Positions 37,858 through 50,589 of a DNA stretch of 64,000 nucleotides are shown one piece after another. Origin of the DNA: Phoronis australis. Lineage: Eukaryota > Animalia > Phoronida. The stretch is from NCBI GenBank assembly GCA_002633005.1, contig NMRA01000189.1, positions 224,264 through 288,263 on the forward strand, given 5' to 3'. A model generated the notes under the pieces. It saw only the letters and a list, made by a program, of their open reading frames with translations, had not been told where the DNA came from and made no database searches. Every line of letters starts with the position of its first letter. Within the stretch, counting starts at the first letter, position 1. The position numbers and the translations under genes were made by a program.

Positions 37858-40800
37858 GTAAGAACCAGTGTTTATGAGCCTCTGAGAACTAAACATAAAT
37901 TATTTTAACTTTCAATCTTGACCTGAGGCTGAAGCTATTTGTCGAAAACGACTTGCAAAAACGACACTTATTTCAAGTGTTCATATTTTTGCTCAGTCCC
38001 TCACATGAACTTCAGAATTCAGATAAAGAAATTTTAGTTGCTTGAGTTCATTTTAGGTTTAAGTACACTAAACGATTTTTGTCTATCTGAAATAAGTCTC
38101 AAGGATATTGATGCAAAGGATAACAAAGACAACTTTCGCTCTATTTTTTCGTGTTTTTCTTTCTCTAAATTGTGTATCACTTGAGAAAATTGATGGCCTG
38201 GCAGACAACATCAATCGCTACGCATTTCCTGACTTTTGAAAATACAGATCTTTTCATATTTTGGGGCCCAGCTCTTGAATTACAGGACCATTGATGACAT
38301 TCAAGTGGCCACCCTTTTCGTGTTTTGATTGGGAAATTCTTAAGGGGCCACTCACGAAGAAAAGGCCCAATGCTGGAATCGATTATTTCTATTTTCCTAT
38401 TTTTTGTGAAATCGTACAACCGGCTTTCATGGTGAGGAAAGTCACTTCTTGCAAGGTCACCTGACAATGGAATGAAGTGTCACTCTTTTCCAAGCTGAAT
38501 GATGTGTAGTCTTTCATCTTAGGTGTTCCATTTCAGACGGCACCCCCTCTCAGTGGTGCGGTTCGGGTCTCCATCTATACATGTAAATCCGACAATGCCA
38601 AGTATTCACGAGGGGAAGTTGAGATTCTAAATTCATCAAAAACCCAAAACAACCGTGCTCAGCACAACAATATCAAAACATTCGACCCAAACAGCCAAAA
38701 TGTGAAAAATACAATAGGATTGACCACCATCAAAAGTTGGAATTTTGAAGAGCGTGAAGATCACTATTTGTGGATTACACAAAAAGGCTACTTCCGATCA
38801 GGCTCGTAGGAAGGAAAAAATTATTGTTGGGGGGGGGGGGCACAAACCNGGTGGGGGTAATACCGGGGATGCAGTCATCAGGATTTGAGTAACCGTGAAC
38901 CAACAAAGATTCACGGAGAGTAAGAGTGGGTCTAGGCCCCAAGCGCACTGACGGGTAGCTGGGAGCTGCATGAAGTAACTATAGCTGGGTCAAAGGTCAA
39001 GGTTTCTTTTATTATGATCCAGTTTCCGGAAAACTTCATTTTATAATGACCATTCTTTGAAGTAATTTCTGGAAAGGTGAGGTCCCGAGGTGCCTGGTAT
39101 GAGTGCCTGTGTGGCCGTTTCAGAATCACTTGATGAAACATAGCCGGTAGTCCAGTTTCTGGTTGTTGGGCAAAATGATACAGAGTGTGTCCCAAAAATG
39201 TACACACTTCAACGTCTGGAGTTCAAATTCAGTTCCCGTGGGTAACTCTAAGCATCGTTACATCGTATTTTTAACATGGGTGTGCACGTCATGAAGTGCT
39301 CCGCACATGCGTGCACCTGGGGGGGGGGCTCGATGGCAAAGTGGGCAAGAAGGTCCGCCTCAGAGAAACAAAAAGTCCGAGAAAAACGAGACAAAAAGTC
39401 CACTAAAAGGCAGGATTCGGTGTATGCACAATTCATAGCCCTGAACGAACCTCGTATTCGGTTTTGTTTTAGTAAAAGTCCACATCCTCAAAAATTCAAA
39501 AGTTCGAGCTCCCCCATATTTTGGGCTGCAAGCCGTGTGTTCAACAGAAAAGACACTGCCTCTGAATTTTACTTTTGATATATACACAGGTTGTCGATGA
39601 CGTTTCCAAAGAAGTTGACAGAGCGACAGCGCCCAGGAAAAGATGGAGACTCTTCGCTTCACTCTTCGTGTGTATATTCTTGGTAGGAGGGACCGCGGCA
39701 GCTATTGGCTTGGTGGCGTATTTCATGGAAAACGAGCTGTGGTCAGCAGGTAACACGGTTAATATAAACTAGATATTACCAGGGCCGTAGGGAAAGGGGG
39801 GGGGGTGTGAACGGGCCCCACGCTAATTCGCAGGTGTCACGGTAAAGCCGATTAGCATATGTGTTTAGCGAAACATGCAGAGAAAACAGAATGTTTGTCA
39901 ACTTGCGGTGGTCATTTTATCGTTTATTTGCCCTGACCAAGACATTTTTTGTGGTATAGACCGTATAACCAACATGAAAACGTGCTCTTAGTAATAAATC
40001 AGTTCGAAAGTAAAAACATACATACATGTGGATTTGAGTATGAATGTGTGTGTGTGTGTATATATATGAATGTATGTATGTATGCATGCATGTATGTATG
40101 AATGTATTCTGTATGTATGTAATTCAAATAATTTTTCACGAGTCAATAATTTTCGTTTCGTGAAACAATATTTGAATAACCATCATCTTCGTATTAAAGT
40201 TCTTCTTGAAGCTGTCGATTTTATTCATTTTGCAACAGAAATTGTACAGCAATCGTTTTGATGCTCAAAAGAACATCAAGAAGTGAAGTGAACGTCCTTC
40301 AATAATTTTTCATCAAAACCTTACATATTGTATGAGAAAGCTAATCACTATTCAATAGTATCGGTTAAATCTAACTTTAGTACCATATTCCTCATCTTCT
40401 AGTAGAAAGTTATCAAATCGCCAGAACCCGTACCACTTTTAAAGATTGCAACAATTAAAGGTAGGACAAATCCCTGTACTTGAGCGATCTGTGCTACACT
40501 ATCTACTAAGACAAAAGTTTCTGATCCCCACACAGCCACGCTAATTTCTAAATACACTTCTTTTACAGAAAAATGCGCTGATCGCACAAATGCAGCATTC
40601 ACTGGTCTTATTACAACGACTAAGCCACCTTCCAACGAATTTCCTCAAACTAACTGGATAGATAGAGATTTAGAAGTTAAACCTCCGCCACCTTTGACCG
40701 CCAATAACAATGACACAGGCTGTCCTGATGACAAAATTCCCTGTTTAAATGGCAGCGACTGTATATACCGTGATGCGGTATGCGACTTTATAATTGATTG

Positions 40801-41731
40801 CCAAGATAAGTCAGACGAACAAAAGTGTTCTACAAACATATGCCGTGAGGACGAATTTCCATGCGACAACGGCCAATGTATACCTGAACGTTATGCGTGC
40901 CAGGGTTTAAAGAATTGTGCTGACGGCAGCGATGAAACAGAGAAGCATTGTCGCAACAAAACTTGCCGTAATAACGAATTCAAATGCAATTACGGCGCTT
41001 GTATTCCAAAGAGCCAAACCTGCAATAACGATATTGACTGCCTTGATTCAAGTGATGAAACGAATATCACTTGTGTCGGATACACTTGTCGCTCTAACCA
41101 ATTCCAGTGCTCCTATGGTGGATGCATATCCGAATACATAATATGTGATGGTTTTGTCAACTGTCTCGACGGCAGCGATGAAACACAGGCAGAATGTGGA
41201 AATAACACGTGCAAGCCCGACCAGTTTCGATGCTCATACGGTGCTTGCGTGGAGCAGGACAAAGCGTGCGACGCAAGGGTTAATTGCGTGGATGGAAGCG
41301 ATGAAACTAAAGATACCTGTGACACGATGCAGTGCGGCGACAATAAGTTCAGGTGTAACAGTGGCCAGTGTATCGACGGATACCAGAAATGCGATGGTTT
41401 TGTTTCTTGTCCTGATGGAAGCGACGAAACCGCCTCTCTTTGTGGAAACCTGACATGTGGGGAAGATCAGTTTAGATGCAACTACGGCGCTTGTATTCCA
41501 CGTTATGAGATTTGTGACGTCACTCATTACTGCGCGGACAAAAGTGACGAGACAGAAGAACTGTGTCGAAATTCTACGTGCCAAACACCCAACTTCCGTT
41601 GCTCATACGGAGGTTGCTTGGCGATCTACGAAGTGTGTGGCGGTTCCGAAAGCGTCGATTGTCCCAACGGCGAAGATGAAAAAAACTGTGAGGACTTTGA
41701 TTTAAACAATTATTTTGATTATTATTATTAA
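37822..41731 (+). CDS. Type II transmembrane protein with eight LDL-receptor class A repeats (EGG-1/EGG-2-like architecture), about 452 aa
   Basis: join 37822..37857 (MDCERKAGEQTT|gtaaga), 39590..39749 (VVDD...PRKRWR-LFASLFVCIFLVGGTAAAIGLVAYF-MENELWSA|gtaaca), 40569..41731 (Thr/Pro stalk, eight LDLa modules mostly ending D-x-S-D-E, tail DFDLNNYFDYYY*). Phases 0 and 1 are compatible; total 1359 nt. Confidence 0.78.
39590..39749 (+). CDS. Transmembrane (signal-anchor) exon of the LDLa protein
   Basis: Basic RKRWR followed by about 25 hydrophobic residues; AG/GT flanks; its phase-1 donor matches the LDLa exon. Confidence 0.8.
40040..40100. repeat. (TG)n/(TATG)n microsatellite
   Basis: Visible tandem tgtg and tatg units in an intron of the LDLa gene. 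Confidence 0.7.
40569..41731 (+). CDS. LDLa-repeat exon (8 LDLa modules) of the type II membrane protein
   Basis: Open frame from the cttttacag acceptor to TAA; six-Cys LDLa modules, e.g. CRNNEFKCNYGACIPKSQTCNNDIDCLDSSDETNITC. Confidence 0.93.
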
Positions 41732-42191
41732 AGAGGTTATAAAGCCGTACTGCAAAAACAACTTTTAACTTGAGCCACTTACAGGCACATTTCTAGTTGT
41801 TTCAGAGGTTCGAAAGAAACTGAGTTCGTTAATTCTTCGATTCACAAAACTGTAGGGATGGAATGGCAACCTGCGCTTGTGACCCTAGCCAACCAGCTAG
41901 CTGTATGAAGTATACAGCTTTGCACCAAGGCTATTGTGACCCATGCATTCTCGTCTTCCTACAGCTTGCACCCCCGAAAATTTGCACAGAGAATTTCCGG
42001 TTGTTTGCTCGACTGAGCTTTTATCGTCAGTGTTGTAGTTATCAAATCAAGCTTAATTCAGTTATTGCGTCATAATAATTTCAAGTTTGTCATTTTTGTT
42101 CATAAAGGAAACATCAAGCGAGGCTTTTGAAATAAAGTTCCAGATAACCATTGATTTCTCGGCCGAAATTGTCGACAAATCCGTCACTCTT

Positions 42192-42326
42192 CAGGGACGG
42201 ATTCAGGATTTTCAGTTGGGGGGTCCAGGGCAGAATATTACCCGTCAGACATTCGCATCCCCGAACTGCCTAATGGAATCTGGGAGAATCTTGGGGGGCA
42301 TGGCCCCCTCTCTAAATCCGCCACTG
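42192..42326 (+). mobile_element. MITE family B (5-bp TSD), copy 1
   Basis: CAGGGACGGATT...AATCCGCCACTG, TSD ctctt. Confidence 0.8.
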
Positions 42327-43108
42327 CTCTTTACACGCACCGATGCGTAACGTACCCCCAGCTGGCTGGATAAGCCGGGAATAGTCTGGCCTCGGATATC
42401 TTTTGAGCTCCAGTCGTAGGCAGCTTTAGGTCTATACGAACAAAAGTAAGATGGAGATGACCTCTAAGTGTTTGTTTATGAACAAATGTATTTACGTAAC
42501 TTAAGAAAAAACCCTCTTGTATTTATTTGCGTAGCTAAATGTGTGCGTTTACATGCAAGAATATATCATTACTGTCTCGTATTGTTTCTGTAATTATTCA
42601 TTTGCTCGTTATACAATGATAATTTCCATTTTTGAGCAGCAATGATATCAACAATACTTACTTAAACTCGAGAAATAAAATAATTATAAAAATTTAAATT
42701 TTACCTAGTAAAAGAATCCAATATTTTGGGCTACTGAGAGCGTGCGTGCCAATTGTCCTACACTTGGCGAACGTTACCGCTTTTTGAACTTTTTCCGCCA
42801 CCCTGTGACATTATCAAAGTGTCCCACTTTTTGACACACGGCAAAATTGACATATCATATACCAATGTAATTTCCCACGCGACATAATCCTATTGTCCCT
42901 TTCGACTAAAAATAAAAAACGGGAGTTCATGGGTTTTTGCGACACCTACAAGTTCCCCTTCAACTAAAAAAAGCGAAAGAAAGTCGTCGGATGCTTTTGG
43001 GTGTTACGGCACCTGTAACATCCTGTTCAACAATAAACGCTGTCGTGACATTTTCGTGTGTTGCGGTGAACACTTCACGCTTGACTTAAACCAGCATGTC
43101 TAGCTTTT

Positions 43109-46100
43109 TATTACTTGGCGGAATTCTTTCGCCAATCCGATTTTCACGAAATTTGCACACGACGTGTAGATCGGGAAGTACTAGAACGCTATAGGAGGCA
43201 CAGAACAGTTCTCACTGGGTTTTGCCCAGCAAAACACACATCACTTGATTTGTCACCTTTTCTTCACTCTGTCAAAAACAGGATGCAAAGAATGGCATGT
43301 TTTCAATTATTTCACATAAAAGCCCTGCAGATGAGCACAGAAACTTTATTCTCTCTTGTATTTTTGACCATTTCATTCCCACTGAAATCCAAGCTAGACT
43401 AAGAAAAATAAGGGCAAAAAAAGCAAAATCGGCACTTTTCACCCAAAAAACACCACTTCCCTGCCGATACACGACTAAAGCCAACATTAGAGTCTGAAAG
43501 CAAATTTCCTACCGATTCCGAAAATGTGATCCAAAAGTACTGTCAACCAACAAGGTTTTTGGCAATTCTTGCTTGTTTGAGGGCTACCTAAAATCACAGC
43601 CAATTTCTCAGTCGCTATCCAACAATGCACAATTGCAGCCGGGGGCGGCCATCTTGAAGTAGAGTGCAGCTACAGCCAAGAAAGTGGCCTTTTTTATTCA
43701 CAGCATGTTCACAAATACAAACAAACCACATTCGCTGAGCCTACGTGCAATGCCCACCTACAAAATGCCCCCAAACTTGGCCTACCCCAAAATTTCAATA
43801 TTTTGGCAGTGCAAATTGGCCGCGGCCGCAGCCTAACTATTCAGTGCCACCATAGTTTTTGGTCATGATCGGATTTAAAATGGCGGACCTGGCGGCCATT
43901 TTGTTTCCGATTTCACAGTCAAATGCTCGTAGAGGTCGCATTTTTAGACGTACAGAGCTGAAACGTGGTACGATTATTATAGAACACATGTGCTACAACT
44001 GTGCCGAAAATCGTTGACTTCCGGTCAAAGATGGCGGAAATATTGGAAGTGCGCACCCCGATATGTGGCCAAAACATTTTCTCCTCTATAGGGCGCATTT
44101 GCGAACCAATCGGTTTCAAACTGGTCACGTGTTTGTTAATATTAATAAGCTTTTATAAAATTTTGTTTAATCGGAAGTCACTTTTAAGATGGCGGCTGTG
44201 GCGCATGTTCACAAGTTTTCAATCGTTCTGCGGTCGCGTTTTTAACGGGAAGAGCAAATGACGTAAATTTTTGCATGTGGATTCCTTGAAGTATGCTCTT
44301 TCAAAAGTTCTGCAATAGCGTTTTTCTCAGACTTACCGTTTTCGAGTTATTTGACTTTGAATTTCAAAAAAACGCAAAATTTCAATTTTTTCGAAAAAGT
44401 TATGGAATATTGCAAAGCTATCACAGTAGGTAGAATTTTGGACGGGCTTTCAGAAGATATTTTCCATTTTTCGCTACGACGTCAACTTTTTGAATTATTC
44501 GAGATTTTCCGATAGCGCTGTTCCTACCCCGTCACATAGCGCCACCAATTTTGGATTGTGGGAACAAAGCATGACTCATTGATCGTTTTTAATTGTTCGC
44601 TCTCTACAGGTCGCAATTTTTGTCCGATCCTCACGAAATTTGCACACTGAAAGCCTATTGTTTTTGATTCAAAATGGCGGACGGGGCGGCAGTTTAGTTT
44701 CCGATTTCACATTCAAATGCTCATAGAGGACGCATTTTTTGACGTACAGAGCTGAAACTTGGTACAATTATTAACGGACACGTGCTACAACTGTGCTGAA
44801 AAACGTTGACTTCCGGTTAAAGATGGCGGAAATATTGACGATGGCGCATGCGTACCTCGATATCAGGCCAAAAAAGTTTTCTCCTGTAGAGGGCGCATTG
44901 GCAAACCAATCACTTTCAAACTGGTCACGTGTTTCTTGCAATTGATCAGCTTTTATAAAGTTTTGTTTAACCGGAAGTCACGTTCAAGATGGCGGCTCCG
45001 GCGCATTTTCACCCATTTTCAATCGTTCTGCTGTCGCCTGTTTAACGAGAAGACCAAATGACGTGAACTTTTGCATGTGGATTCCTTGAAGTATGCTCTT
45101 TCAAAAGTTCTACGATAACGGTTTTCTCAGACTTACCGTTTTCGAGATATTTGACTTTGAATTTCAAAAAACGCGAAATTTCAATTTTTTCGAAAAAATA
45201 TGAAATGTTACGAAACTATCAATCTAGATAAAGTTTTGGACGGGCTTTCAGAAGATATTTTCCATTTTTCGCTACGACGTCTAACTTTTTGAATTATTCG
45301 AGATTTTCTAATAGCGCTGTTCTTTTGTTGACAGCTCTTGCTGCATTGATGTTGGTTTAGCTGCTATTGAACAAGACCGTAGCCTATTTCTTATTAATTG
45401 ATGACATCTAAGTTTGTCATATGAATGTTGTGATGTTGTTCATCATCGTCACCACCATCATCATATTCGTCATCTTCGTCATCATCTCCGACGTCGTCTT
45501 TTCTTCAGTTAATTTTGCCAAGTGTCGCTCAAAACTGTAGCCTATTTGTTACTGATTTCTGACCTCTACGTTCGTCAAGTGTATAATATAATTACTTGTA
45601 TTGTTCATCATTGCCACCATCGTCGTCATATTCGTCGTCTTCGTCATCATCTTTATCGTCATCTTTTCGGTTAATTTTTTTTGTTCGCACTCTACGGGTC
45701 GGAATTTTCGTCCGATCCGCACGAAATTTGCACACAATTAACGTGGAGATCAAAAAGTCCTTGAAGCCTGTTTTCGGTCACGATCGGATTCAAAATGGCG
45801 GACGTGGCGGCCATTTTGTTTCCGGTTTTAGATTCAAATGCTACTAAAGGCCGCAATTTTTGACGTACAAGGCTGAAACTTGGTGCGATTATTATAGAAC
45901 ACATACGCGTAATTTTGCGACGTGTCGCTCCTCCGAGCGCTCTCGCACTATTGCCAGTTTACTGGGTGCGTGAACAAGACTGCAGGGTGTTTCTTACTGA
46001 TTTGTTCTCTAGTCACATGAATGTTATCGTGTTGTTCATAATCTCCGCCTTCATCGTTATGATCGTCGTCGTCGTCCTCCTCATCGTCCTGTTTCCGCGT

Positions 46101-46138
46101 AATTTCGCCAAGTGTCGCTCCTCCGAGCGCTCTCGTTT
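43109..46138 (+). mobile_element. Helentron/HINE-like composite element, copy 2, with internal tandem duplications
   Basis: Same 5' end (ttattacttggcggaattctttcgccaa) and 3' end (aatttcgccaagtgtcgctcctccgagcgctctcgttt) as 32852-34237. Block 43870-44525 is repeated at 44670-45325 and partly at 45780-45905. The 3' end is reiterated at about 45512, 45920 and 46100. Confidence 0.72.
43194..43851. mobile_element. TIR element nested in the HINE-like element (3-bp TSD, Harbinger-like)
   Basis: GGAGGCACAGAACAGTT / AACTATTCAGTGCCACC with ATA duplication. Confidence 0.6.
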
Positions 46139-46879
46139 GTATGTTTTGCTTTCAATCTAATGGCCTCAATTTTTCAAGTCTCGAATGTTGACAAAATGAT
46201 CGTGTCTTTGTTATGAATACAGTTATTTTCCTGAGTTCATTTTCTTTAGGTAATCGCCAAAATATGTTCCAATGTCTCTGGTTTACGGTGAATTATATGT
46301 CTCAATGTCACCAGGAAGGCATTACCTACTAATTTGTAATTTCTGAAGAAATGATACGATTTCTAAATGTCTATGTAAAGTCCTAAACTGCAACCAATGT
46401 AATAAGCTATCCACAGTATATTTCAAAGCTACACAAAAAGATGTTACTGCATGCTGATACTATTTACTAAAGAATGTAATTGCATCAAGCGGTACCACAG
46501 GTCCAATTAATACGGGTACAAAATGATGTGTAATTTTAGTTAGATGACTGACCAAATTCTTCACAGCAACTGTGAGGGATCCATATTCTATTTTTTGTAG
46601 CAAATCATTGAAACTATTGCCCTATTGGTTTAATTAATCATTTATAATGACTTTCTCTCTGGTTCACTTCATTTTTATGTTATTATCCAATATCACATCC
46701 TTAATTAACTGACACTAAAAATTAAATAGTGAACTAATTAGTTGATTAATACATCAATTAGTACATGAAGGATTACCTTAGTACACTCTTTGTTGTTTAC
46801 ATTTTTGGTAATACCCTTGGTTCTTATGATCAAAAATTGTCTTTAACCTGTCAGATACGCAAAATAATTATTTAATAAG

Positions 46880-49800
46880 ACTAACTCAAGTAAGAGAGGA
46901 GCTTAGGGACAGATTATTCGAAACTGAGAAGAGTAGAACATCTGAAGGGAAAACGAAAGAGCAGAGAGCGGGCAAGAGAGTCATACCTGTTTTCCAAGGA
47001 CTTGTTAGGGAAAGAAACGAGCGGCCGGTAATCATGCAGCAGAATGGAGCTAGAAGATCATCTGGTGAAGATTCACAGCGACGCGAACCAGCATGGCATT
47101 CTAGAAGAGTTCGATTGGATGGATGAGGAAGTTCCACCTGAAGTTCAGCTTGACGTGAACAGTGTCGTCATGAAGGCCAAAGTCGGATCAGCTCCAGGTC
47201 CGTCTAGGTTGAGTTATATCGTTTACAAGAAGTTCCCGGGTCTATTAAGACGGTTATGGAGGCTACTAAAAGGTATGTGGAAATGGAAGAAAGTTCCTAA
47301 TCACTAGGACAAGGCTGAGGGTTGTTACATCCCAAAGATCTAAGATGCAAAGGCTATAAAAGACTACGGGACAATTTCCCTGCTTGATGTGGAGTGCAAA
47401 ATTTTCTTCGCAATGATTGCATCAAGAATTGTAAAGTACTCCCCGAAGAATGGATATATCGACCCCACAGAGCAGAAAGGTGGTGTACCAGGGCAGACGG
47501 GTTGCCTGGAGCATAATGCTGTTCTAACTGAGGTTATGGGTGATGCAAAGGCAAACAAGTCGGACTTGGCAGTTGTGTGGTTAGATTTACAGAATGCTTA
47601 TGTTTCCATGCCACATTCATTGATTAGGAAGGCGATGGCGACTTATCATTTTCCAGAAGGAGTACAGAAGGTCATCAACGACTACTTCAACAGTATACAG
47701 ATGCGATTTTCTACGATGGAGTTCACAATAGAATTCAAGCCTTTGGAGAAAGGCATCTTGACCAGGTGCACGATTTCAGTCAGCTTATTTGTTCTTACGA
47801 CGAACCTCATTATTCGCCGAGACAGCAAAGAGTGCAGGGGACCTCTCCTACATGGCAGACGCCTTCCCCGTGCCGTGAATTTGTTGATGACCTGACAGTA
47901 ACTACATCACCAGCAACAGGAGCAGGTTGAGTGCTGGAGAAACTAGAAATAATGAAATAATTGTATGGGACAGGATGAAGTTCAAGGTGCAGAACTCGAG
48001 AAGTCTGGTCTTGATGAAAGAGAGAATCAGCCAGAACAAAGTCTTCAGGATGAACGGCGAGAAGATTCCATCCTTGGGCGAGAAGTGATCTAGGCAACGT
48101 GTACGACAGCAGCCTAAGCGACATCACAAACGTGAGGGACACAGTGACACTGCTCAGGGAGAATCTGAAGAAGATCAACGGGTGCACTTTGCCAGGGAAG
48201 TTCAAGCTGTGGTGTTATCAATTCGGTTTACTGCCGCCCAAAATCTCATGGCCGCTATCAGTTTACAGCATTACGATTTCAACAGTCGAGTCTATGGAGC
48301 GGGAGGCAAACCAGTTTATTAGGAAATGGTTGGGGGTACCAGCGAGCTTCACGTCAGTGGGATTATGTAGTAACACAGCAGTAGTATCCCTTCCACTAAG
48401 ATCTCTGGTTGAAGACTTTAAGGTGTCAAAAGCCAGGGAAGTTCTCACAATCCGAGATTCCAGAGACAGATTTGTCAGCTTATCAGAGATTCAGGTTTCA
48501 GCAGACAGAAAGATGATTCCCCATTGAAGTGGTTGTGGACAGAGCAAAGAGCCGCCTCCGGCATAAGGACATAGTTGGTACAGTCTGCTGTGGTCAACAG
48601 GGCCTGGGTTTTTTACCACCCAATAGATAGAAGGCGCGCACACTAGACCTGGAGGGATTGTTCTAAAACCCTGTCGACCCCCACAGCCCTCGATCCATGA
48701 CTCCCGACCTGTGACAACAGAGGTATTTTAGCGCTTTTTACATATTTCATAATCTTATTAAGTAGCTGAGTAACTTTCCCATAAGACATACCTACACTCA
48801 ATTCTGTTCTGGCTCAACTCTGGTGATTAAAAACAGAAAGTCAGGGGAGAACGTCATCTGAAGTAGCGGATTGTGAGCGCGCTATCGTTGTCACGGAAAT
48901 AGTTCCACGATCGGCTACCAATGCCAGTTCTACTAACTACTTAGGCAGACTGCGTTAACGTGAAATGTACATAAATTTACATCTTTATTATTTGGTTTCT
49001 GCTGTATGCTCGTTTACAATATATTCCACACGTTGAAATTCTTTTTAGTTACAGGGGCGGATCCATGATTTTGAGTTGGGGGGGGGNCAGAGTATTAGTC
49101 AGGATTTTGCCTGTCAGACATTCGCATCCCCGTAGTGCCAAATGGAATCTGGGAGAATTTGGCCCCCCTCTAAATCCGCCACTAAGTTAACAGTTTGTTT
49201 TTTCAAACTGTATTTACTGACGAAATTAGTTTTGTCGGTTCCTCACACTCTCCGCAAAAACGTTGAACCTCACCATTCACTGAAGAGCAGACGAGACAAT
49301 TACACACTAGTGCCAGGAACGACATTTGTGGTAGGTCTTTGATTTGCCGCGCTTTGTTTTTATCTGTTTTTGGCTTTCAAACTTGCCGAATCGACTCTTA
49401 ATTGCAAAAAACAGGCAAAAGCCAGACGAGCTCACGGCCCAACTCAATGGTCCTGCTAATCTGCGCTTGTTCTATGTTCAGATCAAATCCAGCTTGTGTG
49501 GGCTGGGTCGAGGGGGTTGTAGGTCGTGGTGGTCGTGGGAAGTCGGGGGGGGGGGGTTAGAACAATCCGACGTGGAAAGACGAACCAAGCGAAAGGAAGT
49601 GAAGAATTTTATCGATTCCACTGCAGCTGGCTGCAAGAGGGGTATAATTAACCAGTGGCGGATCTAGGTCAGGATAGCGGGGCCCAACATTTTGTCTCGG
49701 GCGACCGCTCAAAGCACGAACACATGTGCACAGCCATCTTAAAATATGTGGGCCTTTGACTCCTGTGGATGTGGACCTATTACTAAATTACAATCGGACT

Positions 49801-50470
49801 AAAAAAAACGTTTGCGCCGGTGGTCTGAATCGGACGCTCGCAATGGCGTTAATTATTCGATATTTTCTCATGCTCTGTCTGTTTTATTTTTTTGCGGCAG
49901 CCAAGGGGGCCACCTAAATTCGCCTATGGTAACAAAGGAGGAATCTTATCTATGGCAAATGATTGGTGCATGGCCGGAGGCAGATCTGGGTAAACAAAGC
50001 AGACAACTTCAACATCTTTAAGACCCGACATTACTTTGTGGTCAGATACAGCGAAGATGGTAGTCATGGTGGAATTAACGGTGCCACGGGAAACTCCTGG
50101 ATACAGGAAGCTCAGAAGAGGAAAGCTTGAAGTACAGCGACCTGAGCCATGAGTGTTCGAGAAATGGATGGGAGTGCTTCTGCTTACCACGTGAGGTAGG
50201 AGCCAGAGGGTTTGTAGCATCAAGCATCTGGAGAATGTCTAGGATGTTGGGAATTTCAACTAATTCAAGCAACACTATGATGAAGTCGGCAGCAGCCGCA
50301 GTGGGATCAGCATCATCATGGTTGTGGTTTCAGAAGACTTAACAGTGGCAAAATCACCGTGAAACCGGAGCCTGATCAACTTCGGGGGCCTAGCGTTGGA
50401 GCATGTTCAAGTTCAAGGCCGAAACATGCTGTGAAGACGCCATCTTGCTGATGATTGACGGGGGAACAAA
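46880..50470 (+). mobile_element. Degenerate HERO/R2-group non-LTR retrotransposon (RT plus restriction-like endonuclease), split by about 1.27 kb of unrelated DNA
   Basis: RT part: SAPGPS..YIVYKK, TISLLDVECKIF, QKGGVPGQTGCLEH, VVWLDLQNAY.S.PH, LPGKFKLWCYQFG, RKWLGVP (46880-48628). RLE part: LRPDITLWS...VELTVP...KY..L...GW....P.EVGARGF...SSWLW (49895-50342). Many stops and frameshifts. Confidence 0.85.
49052..49184 (+). mobile_element. MITE family B (5-bp TSD), copy 2
   Basis: CAGGGGCGGATC...AATCCGCCACTA, TSD agtta. Confidence 0.8.
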
Positions 50471-50589
50471 GAAACGTCATCTATTTAAAATAAGTTTTAA
50501 GTTTTATTCATTTTCTTCTGATCTAATCATACACCATTAAGAGCCCACAAAAGGCTTTCTAATGGCAAACTTCAAAACAGAGAGACGCT

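Noticed and set aside
38177-38490. Ulp1/SENP-like protease fragment
   Set aside because: Only vague similarity (IEIIDS, GPQ); the catalytic His and Cys motifs are not recognisable.
41900-41945. SECIS element for the TGA at 40259
   Set aside because: ATGA...TGA spacing is present, but there is no AA in the apical loop and the lower stem is poor.
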